64,000 nucleotides of DNA from assembly GCA_964016885.1 (NCBI GenBank), contig CAXHJY010000132.1:62001-126000 (forward strand), written 5' to 3'. This stretch comes from Eledone cirrhosa (Eukaryota). Under the pieces are notes generated by a model that was not told the DNA's origin, did no database searches, and saw only the letters and a program-made list of their open reading frames with translations. The translations under genes were made by a program, and so were the position numbers. The first letter of the stretch is position 1, and each line of letters opens with the position of its first letter. Below are positions 24,606 through 36,892 of this stretch, in pieces.

Positions 24606-26419
24606 CTATCTTTCTCTACATTGTCTTCCCCCAAAACTTCGTTCTTCATCAAGCTATCTTTCTCTACCTTGTCTACCCCCAAAACTTCGTTCTTCACCAA
24701 GCTATCTTTCTCTACCTTGTCTTCCCACAAAACTTCGTTCTTCACCAAGCTATCTCTCTCTACCTTGTCTTCCCACAAAACGTCGTTCTTCACCAAGCTA
24801 TATTTCGCTACCTTGTCTTCCCTCAAAACTTCGTTCTTCATCAAGCTATCTTTCTCTACCTTGTCTTCCCTCAAAACTTCGTTCTTCACCAAGCTATCTT
24901 TCTCTACCTTGTCTTCCCTCAAAACTTCGTTCTTCGCCAAGCTATCTTTCTCTACCTTGTCTTCCCTCAAAATTCGTTCTTCACCAAGCTAACTTTCTCT
25001 ACCTTGTCTTCCCTCAACACTTCGTTCTTCATCAAGCTATCTTTCTCTACCTTGTCTTCCCTCAAAACTTCGTTCTTCACCAAGCTATATTTCTCTACCT
25101 TTTTTTCCCCCAAAACTTCGTTCTTCACCAAACTATCTTTCTCTACCTTGTCTTCCCTCAAAACTTCGTTCTTCACCAAGCTATCTTTCTCTACCTTGTC
25201 TTCCCTCAAAACTCCGTTCTTCATCAAGCTATCGTTCTCTACTTTGTCTTCCCTCAAAACGTCGTTCTTCACCTAGCTATCTTTCTCTACCTTGTCTTCC
25301 CTCAAAACGTCGTTCGTTCTTCACCAAGCTATCTTTCTTTACCTTGTCTTCCCCCAAAACTTCGTTCTTCACAAGCTATCCTTCTCTACCTTGTATTCCC
25401 TCAAGACTTCGTTCGTCACCAAGCTATCTTTCTCTACATTGTCTTCCCCCAAAACTTCGTTCTTCATCAAGCTATCTTTCTCTACCTTGTCTTCCCTCAA
25501 AACGTCGTTCTTCACCAAGCTATCTTTCTCTACTTTGTCTTCCCACAAAACTTCGTTCTTCATCAAGCTATCTTTCTCTACCTTGTCTTCCCTCAAAACG
25601 TCGTTCTTCACCAAGCTATCTTTCTCTACCTTGTCTTCCCCCAAAACTTCGTTCTTCACCAAGCTATCTTTCTCTACCTTGTCTACCCCCAAAACTTCGT
25701 TCTTCACCAAGCTATCTTTCTCTACCTTGTCTTCCCACAAAACTTCGTTCTTCACCAAGCTATCTCTCTCTACCTTGTCTTCCCACAAAACCTACTTCTT
25801 CACCAAGCTATCTTTCGCTACCTTGTCTTCCCTCAAAACTTCGTTCTTCATCAAGCTATCTTTCTCTACCTTGTCTTCCCTCAAAACTTCGTTTTCACCA
25901 AGCTATCTTTCTCTACCTTGTCTTCCCTCAAAACTTCGTTCTTCACCAAGCTATCTTTCTCTACCTTGTCTTCCCTCAAAACTTCGTTCTTCACCAAGCT
26001 AACTTTCTCTACCGTGTCTTCCCTCAAAACTTCGTTCTTCATCAAGCTATCTTTCTCTACCTTGTCTTCCCTCAAAACTTCGTTCTTCACCAAGCTATAT
26101 TTCTCTACCTTTTTTTCCCCCAAAACTTCGTTCTTCACCAAACTATCTTTCTCTACCTTGTCTTCCCTCAAAACTTCGTTCTTCACCAAGCTAACTTTCT
26201 CTACCTTGTCTTCCCTCAAAACTTCGTTCTTCATCAAGCTATCTTTCTCTACCTTGTCTTCCCTCAAAACTTCGTTCTTCACCAAGCTATCTTTCTCTAC
26301 CTTGTCTTCCCTCAAAACTTCGTTCTTCACCAAGCTATCTTTCTCTACCTTTTTTCCCCCAAAAACTTCGTTCTTCACCAAACTATCTTTCTCTACCTTG
26401 TCTTCCCTCAAAACTTCGT

Positions 26420-29400
26420 TCTTCACCAAGCTATCTTTCTCTACCTTGTCTTCCCTCAAAACTCCGTTCTTCATCAAGCTATCGTTCTCTACTTTGTCTA
26501 CCCTCAAAACGTCGTTCTTCACCTAGCTATCCTTCTCTACCTTGTCTTCCCTCAAAACGTCGTTCGTTCTTCACCAAGCTATCTTTCTCTACCTTGTCTT
26601 CCCCCAAAACTTCGTTCTTCACAAGCTATCCTTCTCTACCTTGTCTTCCCTCAAAACTTCGTTCTTGATCAAGCTATCTTTCTCTACCTTGTCTTCCCTC
26701 AAAACTTTGTTCTTCACCAAGCTATCTTTCTCTACCTTGTCTTCCCTCAAAACTTCGTTCTTCACCAAGCTATCTTTCTCTACCTTGTCTTCCCTCAAAA
26801 CTTCGTTCTTCACCAAGCTATCTTTCTCTACCTTGTCTTCCCTGAAAACTTCGTTATTCACCAAGCTATCTTTCTCTACCTTGTCTTCCCTCAAAACTCC
26901 GTTCTTCATCAAGCTATCGTTCTCTACTTTGTCTTCCCTCAAAACGTCGTTCTTCACCAAGCTATCTTTCTCTACCTTGTCTTCCCTCAACACTTCGTTC
27001 GTTCTTCACCAAGCTATCTTTTTCTACCTTGTCTTCCCCCAAAACTACGTTCTTCACAAGCTATCTTTCTCTACCTTGTCTTCCCTCAAAACTTCGTTCT
27101 TCACCAAGCTATCTTTCTCTACCTTGTCTTCCCTCAAAATTTCGTTCTTCACCAAGCTATCTTTCTCTACCTTGTCTTCCCTCAAAACTTCGTTCTTCAC
27201 CAAGCTATCTTTCTCTACCTTGTCTTCCCTCAAAACTTCGTTCTTCACCAAGCTAACTTTCTCTACCTTGTCTTCCCTCAAAACTTCGTTCTTCATCAAG
27301 CTATCTTTCTCTACCTTGTCTTCCCTCAAAACTTCGTTCTTCACCAAGCTATCTTTCTCTACCTTGTCTTCCCTCAAAACTTCGTTCTTCACCAAGCTAT
27401 CTTTCTCTACCTTGTCTTCCCTCAAAACTTCGTTCTTCACCAAGCTAACTTTCTCTACCTTGTCTTCCCTCAAAACTTCGTTCTTCATCAAGCTATCTTT
27501 CTCTACCTTGTCTTCCCTCAAAACTTCGTTCTTCACCAAGCTATATTTCTCTACCTGTTTTTCCCCCAAAACTTCGTTTTTCACCAAACTATCTTTCTCT
27601 ACCTTGTCTTCCCTCAAAACTTCATTCTTCACCAAGCTATCTTTCTCTACCTTGTCTTCCCTCAAAACTCCGTTCTTCATCAAGCTAACTTTCTCTACCT
27701 TGTCTTCCCCCAAAACTTCGTTCTTCACAAGCTATCCTTCTCTACCTTGTCTTCCCTCAAAACTTCGTTCTTGATCAAGCTATCTTTCTCTACCTTGTCT
27801 TCCCTCAAAACTTCGTTCTTCATCAAGCTATCTTTCTCTACCTTGTCTTCCCTCAAAACTTCGTTCTTCACCAAGCTATCTTTCTCTACCTTGTCTTCCC
27901 TCAAAACTTCGTTCTTCACCAAGCTATCTTACTCTACCTTGTCTTCCCTCAAAACTTCGTTCTTCACCAAGCTAACTTTCTCTACCTTGTCTTCCCTCAA
28001 AACTTCGTTCTTCATCAAGCTATCTTTCTCTACCTTGTCTTCCCTCAAAACTTCGTTCTTCACCAAGCTATCTTTCTCTACCTTGTCTTCCCTCAAAACT
28101 CCGTTCTTCATCAAGCTATCGTTCTCTACTTTGTCTACCCTCAAAACGTCGTTCTTCACCTAGCTATCCTTCTCTACCTTGTCTTCCCTCAAAACGTCGT
28201 TCGTTCTTCACCAAGCTATCTTTCTCTACCTTGTCTTCCCCCAAAACTTCGTTCTTCACAAGCTATCCTTCTCTACCTTGTCTTCCCTCAAAACTTCGTT
28301 CTTGATCAAGCTATCTTTCTCTACCTTGTCTTCCCTCAAAACTTTGTTCTTCACCAAGCTATCTTTCTCTACCTTGTCTTCCCTCAAAACTTCGTTCTTC
28401 ACCAAGCTATCTTTCTCTACCTTGTCTTCCCTCAAAACTTCGTTCTTCACCAAGCTATCTTTCTCTACCTTGTCTTCCCTGAAAACTTCGTTATTCACCA
28501 AGCTATCTTTCTCTACCTTGTCTTCCCTCAAAACTCCGTTCTTCATCAAGCTATCGTTCTCTACTTTGTCTTCCCTCAAAACGTCGTTCTTCACCAAGCT
28601 ATCTTTCTCTACCTTGTCTTCCCTCAACACTTCGTTCGTTCTTCACCAAGCTATCTTTTTCTACCTTGTCTTCCCCCAAAACTACGTTCTTCACAAGCTA
28701 TCTTTCTCTACCTTGTCTTCCCTCAAAACTTCGTTCTTCACCAAGCTATCTTTCTCTACCTTGTCTTCCCTCAAAATTTCGTTCTTCACCAAGCTATCTT
28801 TCTCTACCTTGTCTTCCCTCAAAACTTCGTTCTTCACCAAGCTATCTTTCTCTACCTTGTCTTCCCTCAAAACTTCGTTCTTCACCAAGCTAACTTTCTC
28901 TACCTTGTCTTCCCTCAAAACTTCGTTCTTCATCAAGCTATCTTTCTCTACCTTGTCTTCCCTCAAAACTTCGTTCTTCACCAAGCTATCTTTCTCTACC
29001 TTGTCTTCCCTCAAAACTTCGTTCTTCACCAAGCTATCTTTCTCTACCTTGTCTTCCCTCAAAACTTCGTTCTTCACCAAGCTAACTTTCTCTACCTTGT
29101 CTTCCCTCAAAACTTCGTTCTTCATCAAGCTATCTTTCTCTACCTTGTCTTCCCTCAAAACTTCGTTCTTCACCAAGCTATATTTCTCTACCTGTTTTTC
29201 CCCCAAAACTTCGTTTTTCACCAAACTATCTTTCTCTACCTTGTCTTCCCTCAAAACTTCATTCTTCACCAAGCTATCTTTCTCTACCTTGTCTTCCCTC
29301 AAAACTCCGTTCTTCATCAAGCTAACTTTCTCTACCTTGTCTTCCCCCAAAACTTCGTTCTTCACAAGCTATCCTTCTCTACCTTGTCTTCCCTCAAAAC

Positions 29401-29717
29401 TTCGTTCTTGATCAAGCTATCTTTCTCTACCTTGTCTTCCCTCAAAACTTCGTTCTTCATCAAGCTATCTTTCTCTACCTTGTCTTCCCTCAAAACTTCG
29501 TTCTTCACCAAGCTATCTTTCTCTACCTTGTCTTCCCTCAAAACTTCGTTCTTCACCAAGCTATCTTACTCTACCTTGTCTTCCCTCAAAACTTCGTTCT
29601 TCACCAAGCTAACTTTCTCTACCTTGTCTTCCCTCAAAACTTCGTTCTTCATCAAGCTATCTTTCTCTACCTTGTCTTCCCTCAAAACTTCGTTCTTCAC
29701 CAAGCTATCTTTCTCTA
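26420..29717. repeat. Tandem duplication of a 1637-bp higher-order unit
   Basis: ORF starts 26542/28179, 27029/28666 and 27725/29362 differ by 1637. Shared variants TGTCTACCCTC, CCTGAAAAC and CCTGTTTTT. Confidence 0.9.
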
Positions 29718-32700
29718 CCTTGTCTTCCCTCAAAACTTCGTTCTTCACCAAGCTATCTTTCTCTACCTTTTTACCCCCCAAAACTTCGTTCTTCACCAAA
29801 CTATCTTTCTCTACCTTGTCTTCCCTCAAAACTTCGTTCTTCACCAAGCTATCTTTCTCTACCTTGTCTTCCCTCAAAACTCCGTTCTTCATCAAGCTAT
29901 CGTTCTCTACTTTGTCTTCCCTCAAAACGTCGTTCTTCACCTAGCTATCCTTCTCTACCTTGTCTTCCCTCAAAACGTCGTTCGTTCTTCACCAAGCTAT
30001 CTTTCTCTACCTTGTCTTCCCCCAAAACTTCGTTCTTCACAAGCTATCCTTCTCTACCTTGTCTTCCCTCAAAACTTCGTTCTTGATCAAGCTATCTTTC
30101 TCTACCTTGTCTTCCCTCAAAACTTTGTTCTTCACCAAGCTATCTTTCTCTACCTTGTCTTCCCTCAAAACTTCGTTCTTCACCAAGCTATCTTTCTCTA
30201 CCTTGTCTTCCCTCAAAACTTCGTTCTTCACCAAGCTATCTTTCTCTACCTTGTCTTCCCCCAAAACATCGTTCTTCACCAAGCTATCTTTCTCTACCTT
30301 GTCTTCCCTCAAAACTTCGTTCTTCACCAAGCTATCTTTCTTTACCTTGTCTTCCCTCAAAACTTCGTTATTCACCAAGCTATCTTTCTCTACCTTGTCT
30401 TCCCTCAAAACTTCGTTCTTCATCAAGCTATCGTTCTCTACTTTGTCTTCCCTCAAAACGTCGTTCTTCACCAAGCTATCTTTCTCTACCTTGTCTTCCC
30501 TCAACACTTCGTTCGTTCTTCACCAAGCTATCTTTCTCTACCTTGTCTTCCCCCAAAACTACGTTCTTCATAAGCTATCTTTCTCTACCTTGTCTTCCCT
30601 CAAAACTTCCTTCTTCACCAAGCTATCTTTCTCTACCTTGTCTTCCCTCAAAATTTCGTTCTTCACCAAGCTATCTTTCTCTACCTTGTCTTCCCTCAAA
30701 ACTTCGTTCTTCACCAAGCTATCTTTCTCTACCTTGTCTTCCCTCAAAACTTCGTTCTTCACCAAGCTAACTTTCTCTACCTTGTCTTCCCTCAAAACTT
30801 CGTTCTTCATCAAGCTATCTTTCTCTACCTTGTCTTCCCTCAAAACTTCGTTCTTCACCAAGCTATCTTTCTCTACCTTGTCTTCCCTCAAAACTTCGTT
30901 CTTCACCAAGCTATCTTTCTCTACCTTGTCATCCCTCAAAACTTCGTTCTTCACCAAGCTAACTTTCTCTACCTTGTCTTCCCTCAAAACTTCGTTCTTC
31001 ATCAAGCTATCTTTCTCTACCTTGTCTTCCCTCAAAACTTCGTTCTTCACCAAGCTATATTTCTCTACCTTTTTTTCCCCCAAAACTTCGTTCTTCACCA
31101 AACTATCTTTCTCTACCTTGTCTTCCCTCAATACTTCGTTCTTCACCAAGCTATCTTTCTCTACCTTGTCTTCCCTCAAAACTCCGTTCTTCATCAAGCT
31201 ATCGTTCTCTACTTTGTCTTCCCTCAAAACGTCGTTCTTCACCTAGCTATCTTTCTCTACCTTGTCTTCCCTCAAAACGTCGTTCGTTCTTCACCAAGCT
31301 ATCTTTCTTTACCTTGTCTTCCCCCAAAACTTCGTTCTTCACAAGCTATCCTTCTCTACCTTGTCTTCCCTCAAAACTTCGTTCTTGATCAAGCTATCTT
31401 TCTCTACCTTGTCTTCCCTCAAAACTTCGTTCTTCATCAAGCTATCTTTCTCTACCTTGTCTTCCCTCAAAACTTCGTTCTTCACCAAGCTATCTTTCTC
31501 TACCTTGTCTTCCCTCAAAACTTCGTTCTTCACCAAGCTAACTTTCTCTACCTTGTCTTCCCTCAAAACTTCGTTCTTCATCAAGCTATCTTTCTCTACC
31601 TTGTCTTCCCTCAAAACTTCGTTCTTCACCAAGCTATCTTTCTCTACCTTGTCTTCCCTCAAAACTTCGTTCTTCACCAAGCTATCTTTCTCTACCTTGT
31701 CTTCCCTCAAAACTTCGTTCTTCACCAAGCTAACTTTCTCTACCTTGTCTTCCCTCAAAACTTCGTTCTTCATCAAGCTATCTTTCTCTACCTTGTCTTC
31801 CCTCAAAACTTCGTTCTTCACCAAGCTATATTTCTCTACCTGTTTTTCCCCCAAAACTTCGTTTTTCACCAAACTATCTTTCTCTACCTTGTCTTCCCTC
31901 AAAACTTCATTCTTCACCAAGCTATCTTTCTCTACCTTGTCTTCCCTCAAAACTCCGTTCTTCATCAAGCTAACTTTCTCTACCTTGTCTTCCCCCAAAA
32001 CTTCGTTCTTCACAAGCTATCCTTCTCTACCTTGTCTTCCCTCAAAACTTCGTTCTTGATCAAGCTATCTTTCTCTACCTTGTCTTCCCTCAAAACTTCG
32101 TTCTTCATCAAGCTATCTTTCTCTACCTTGTCTTCCCTCAAAACTTCGTTCTTCACCAAGCTATCTTTCTCTACCTTGTCTTCCCTCAAAACTTCGTTCT
32201 TCACCAAGCTATCTTACTCTACCTTGTCTTCCCTCAAAACTTCGTTCTTCACCAAGCTAACTTTCTCTACCTTGTCTTCCCTCAAAACTTCGTTCTTCAT
32301 CAAGCTATCTTTCTCTACCTTGTCTTCCCTCAAAACTTCGTTCTTCACCAAGCTATCTTTCTCTACCTTGTCTTCCCTCAAAACTTCGTTCTTCACCAAG
32401 CTATCTTTCTCTACCTTTTTACCCCCCAAAACTTCGTTCTTCACCAAACTATCTTTCTCTACCTTGTCTTCCCTCAAAACTTCGTTCTTCACCAAGCTAT
32501 CTTTCTCTACCTTGTCTTCCCTCAAAACTCCGTTCTTCATCAAGCTATCGTTCTCTACTTTGTCTTCCCTCAAAACGTCGTTCTTCACCTAGCTATCCTT
32601 CTCTACCTTGTCTTCCCTCAAAACGTCGTTCGTTCTTCACCAAGCTATCTTTCTCTACCTTGTCTTCCCCCAAAACTTCGTTCTTCACAAGCTATCCTTC

Positions 32701-35700
32701 TCTACCTTGTCTTCCCTCAAAACTTCGTTCTTGATCAAGCTATCTTTCTCTACCTTGTCTTCCCTCAAAACTTTGTTCTTCACCAAGCTATCTTTCTCTA
32801 CCTTGTCTTCCCTCAAAACTTCGTTCTTCACCAAGCTATCTTTCTCTACCTTGTCTTCCCTCAAAACTTCGTTCTTCACCAAGCTATCTTTCTCTACCTT
32901 GTCTTCCCCCAAAACATCGTTCTTCACCAAGCTATCTTTCTCTACCTTGTCTTCCCTCAAAACTTCGTTCTTCACCAAGCTATCTTTCTTTACCTTGTCT
33001 TCCCTCAAAACTTCGTTATTCACCAAGCTATCTTTCTCTACCTTGTCTTCCCTCAAAACTTCGTTCTTCATCAAGCTATCGTTCTCTACTTTGTCTTCCC
33101 TCAAAACGTCGTTCTTCACCAAGCTATCTTTCTCTACCTTGTCTTCCCTCAACACTTCGTTCGTTCTTCACCAAGCTATCTTTCTCTACCTTGTCTTCCC
33201 CCAAAACTACGTTCTTCATAAGCTATCTTTCTCTACCTTGTCTTCCCTCAAAACTTCCTTCTTCACCAAGCTATCTTTCTCTACCTTGTCTTCCCTCAAA
33301 ATTTCGTTCTTCACCAAGCTATCTTTCTCTACCTTGTCTTCCCTCAAAACTTCGTTCTTCACCAAGCTATCTTTCTCTACCTTGTCTTCCCTCAAAACTT
33401 CGTTCTTCACCAAGCTAACTTTCTCTACCTTGTCTTCCCTCAAAACTTCGTTCTTCATCAAGCTATCTTTCTCTACCTTGTCTTCCCTCAAAACTTCGTT
33501 CTTCACCAAGCTATCTTTCTCTACCTTGTCTTCCCTCAAAACTTCGTTCTTCACCAAGCTATCTTTCTCTACCTTGTCATCCCTCAAAACTTCGTTCTTC
33601 ACCAAGCTAACTTTCTCTACCTTGTCTTCCCTCAAAACTTCGTTCTTCATCAAGCTATCTTTCTCTACCTTGTCTTCCCTCAAAACTTCGTTCTTCACCA
33701 AGCTATATTTCTCTACCTTTTTTTCCCCCAAAACTTCGTTCTTCACCAAACTATCTTTCTCTACCTTGTCTTCCCTCAATACTTCGTTCTTCACCAAGCT
33801 ATCTTTCTCTACCTTGTCTTCCCTCAAAACTCCGTTCTTCATCAAGCTATCGTTCTCTACTTTGTCTTCCCTCAAAACGTCGTTCTTCACCTAGCTATCT
33901 TTCTCTACCTTGTCTTCCCTCAAAACGTCGTTCGTTCTTCACCAAGCTATCTTTCTTTACCTTGTCTTCCCCCAAAACTTCGTTCTTCACAAGCTATCCT
34001 TCTCTACCTTGTCTTCCCTCAAAACTTCGTTCTTGATCAAGCTATCTTTCTCTACCTTGTCTTCCCTCAAAACTTCGTTCTTCATCAAGCTATCTTTCTC
34101 TACCTTGTCTTCCCTCAAAACTTCGTTCTTCACCAAGCTATCTTTCTCTACCTTGTCTTCCCTCAAAACTTCGTTCTTCACCAAGCTATCTTACTCTACC
34201 TTGTCTTCCCTCAAAACTTCGTTCTTCACCAAGCTAACTTTCTCTACCTTGTCTTCCCTCAAAACTTCGTTCTTCATCAAGCTATCTTTCTCTACCTTGT
34301 CTTCCCTCAAAACTTCGTTCTTCACCAAGCTATCTTTCTCTACCTTGTCTTCCCTCAAAACTTCGTTCTTCACCAAGCTATCTTTCTCTACCTTTTTACC
34401 CCCCAAAACTTCGTTCTTCACCAAACTATCTTTCTCTACCTTGTCTTCCCTCAAAACTTCGTTCTTCACCAAGCTATCTTTCTCTACCTTGTCTTCCCTC
34501 AAAACTCCGTTCTTCATCAAGCTATCGTTCTCTACTTTGTCTTCCCTCAAAACGTCGTTCTTCACCTAGCTATCCTTCTCTACCTTGTCTTCCCTCAAAA
34601 CGTCGTTCGTTCTTCACCAAGCTATCTTTCTCTACCTTGTCTTCCCCCAAAACTTCGTTCTTCACAAGCTATCCTTCTCTACCTTGTCTTCCCTCAAAAC
34701 TTCGTTCTTGATCAAGCTATCTTTCTCTACCTTGTCTTCCCTCAAAACTTTGTTCTTCACCAAGCTATCTTTCTCTACCTTGTCTTCCCTCAAAACTTCG
34801 TTCTTCACCAAGCTATCTTTCTCTACCTTGTCTTCCCTCAAAACTTCGTTCTTCACCAAGCTATCTTTCTCTACCTTGTCTTCCCCCAAAACATCGTTCT
34901 TCACCAAGCTATCTTTCTCTACCTTGTCTTCCCTCAAAACTTCGTTCTTCACCAAGCTATCTTTCTTTACCTTGTCTTCCCTCAAAACTTCGTTATTCAC
35001 CAAGCTATCTTTCTCTACCTTGTCTTCCCTCAAAACTTCGTTCTTCATCAAGCTATCGTTCTCTACTTTGTCTTCCCTCAAAACGTCGTTCTTCACCAAG
35101 CTATCTTTCTCTACCTTGTCTTCCCTCAACACTTCGTTCGTTCTTCACCAAGCTATCTTTCTCTACCTTGTCTTCCCCCAAAACTACGTTCTTCATAAGC
35201 TATCTTTCTCTACCTTGTCTTCCCTCAAAACTTCCTTCTTCACCAAGCTATCTTTCTCTACCTTGTCTTCCCTCAAAATTTCGTTCTTCACCAAGCTATC
35301 TTTCTCTACCTTGTCTTCCCTCAAAACTTCGTTCTTCACCAAGCTATCTTTCTCTACCTTGTCTTCCCTCAAAACTTCGTTCTTCACCAAGCTAACTTTC
35401 TCTACCTTGTCTTCCCTCAAAACTTCGTTCTTCATCAAGCTATCTTTCTCTACCTTGTCTTCCCTCAAAACTTCGTTCTTCACCAAGCTATCTTTCTCTA
35501 CCTTGTCTTCCCTCAAAACTTCGTTCTTCACCAAGCTATCTTTCTCTACCTTGTCATCCCTCAAAACTTCGTTCTTCACCAAGCTAACTTTCTCTACCTT
35601 GTCTTCCCTCAAAACTTCGTTCTTCATCAAGCTATCTTTCTCTACCTTGTCTTCCCTCAAAACTTCGTTCTTCACCAAGCTATATTTCTCTACCTTTTTT

Positions 35701-36892
35701 TCCCCCAAAACTTCGTTCTTCACCAAACTATCTTTCTCTACCTTGTCTTCCCTCAATACTTCGTTCTTCACCAAGCTATCTTTCTCTACCTTGTCTTCCC
35801 TCAAAACTCCGTTCTTCATCAAGCTATCGTTCTCTACTTTGTCTTCCCTCAAAACGTCGTTCTTCACCTAGCTATCTTTCTCTACCTTGTCTTCCCTCAA
35901 AACGTCGTTCGTTCTTCACCAAGCTATCTTTCTTTACCTTGTCTTCCCCCAAAACTTCGTTCTTCACAAGCTATCCTTCTCTACCTTGTCTTCCCTCAAA
36001 ACTTCGTTCTTGATCAAGCTATCTTTCTCTACCTTGTCTTCCCTCAAAACTTCGTTCTTCATCAAGCTATCTTTCTCTACCTTGTCTTCCCTCAAAACTT
36101 CGTTCTTCACCAAGCTATCTTTCTCTACCTTGTCTTCCCTCAAAACTTCGTTCTTCACCAAGCTATCTTACTATACCTTGTCTTCCCTCAAAACTTCGTT
36201 CTTCACCAAGCTAACTTTCTCTACCTTGTCTTCCCTCAAAACTTCGTTCTTCATCAAGCTATCTTTCTCTACCTTGTCTTCCCTCAAAACTTCGTTCTTC
36301 ACCAAGCTATCTTTCTCTACCTTGTCTTCCCTCAAAACTTCGTTCTTCACCAAGCTATCTTTCTCTACCTTTTCTCCCCCCAAAACTTCGTTCTTCACCA
36401 AACTATCTTTCTCTACCTTGTCTTCCCTCAAAACTTCGTTCTTCACCAAGCTATCTTTCTCTACCTTGTCTTCCCTCAAAACTCCGTTCTTCATCAAGCT
36501 ATCGTTCTCTACTGTGTCTTCCCTCAAAACGTCGTTCTTCACCTAGCTATCTTTCTCTACCTTGTCTTCCCTCAAAACGTCGTTCGTTCTTCACCAAGCT
36601 ATCTTTCTCTACCTTGTCTTCCCCCAAAACTTCGTTCTTCACAAGCTATCCTTCTCTACCTTGTCTTCCCTCAAAACTTCGTTCTTGATCAAGCTATCTT
36701 TCTCTACCTTGTCTTCCCTCAAAACTTTGTTCTTCACCAAGCTATCTTTCTCTACCTTGTCTTCCCTCAAAACTTCGTTCTTCACCAAGCTATCTTTCTC
36801 TACCTTGTCTTCCCTCAAAACTTCGTTCTTCACCAAGCTATCTTTCTCTACCTTGTCTTCCCCCAAAACATCGTTCTTCACCAAGCTATCTT
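28850..36892. repeat. Three copies of a ~2-kb higher-order block (offsets 2648 then 1977 bp)
   Basis: Matching 428-aa ORFs start at 29960, 32608 and 34585. Shared variants CATAAG, ACTTCCTTC, GTCATCC and TTTTTACCCCC. Confidence 0.9.
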
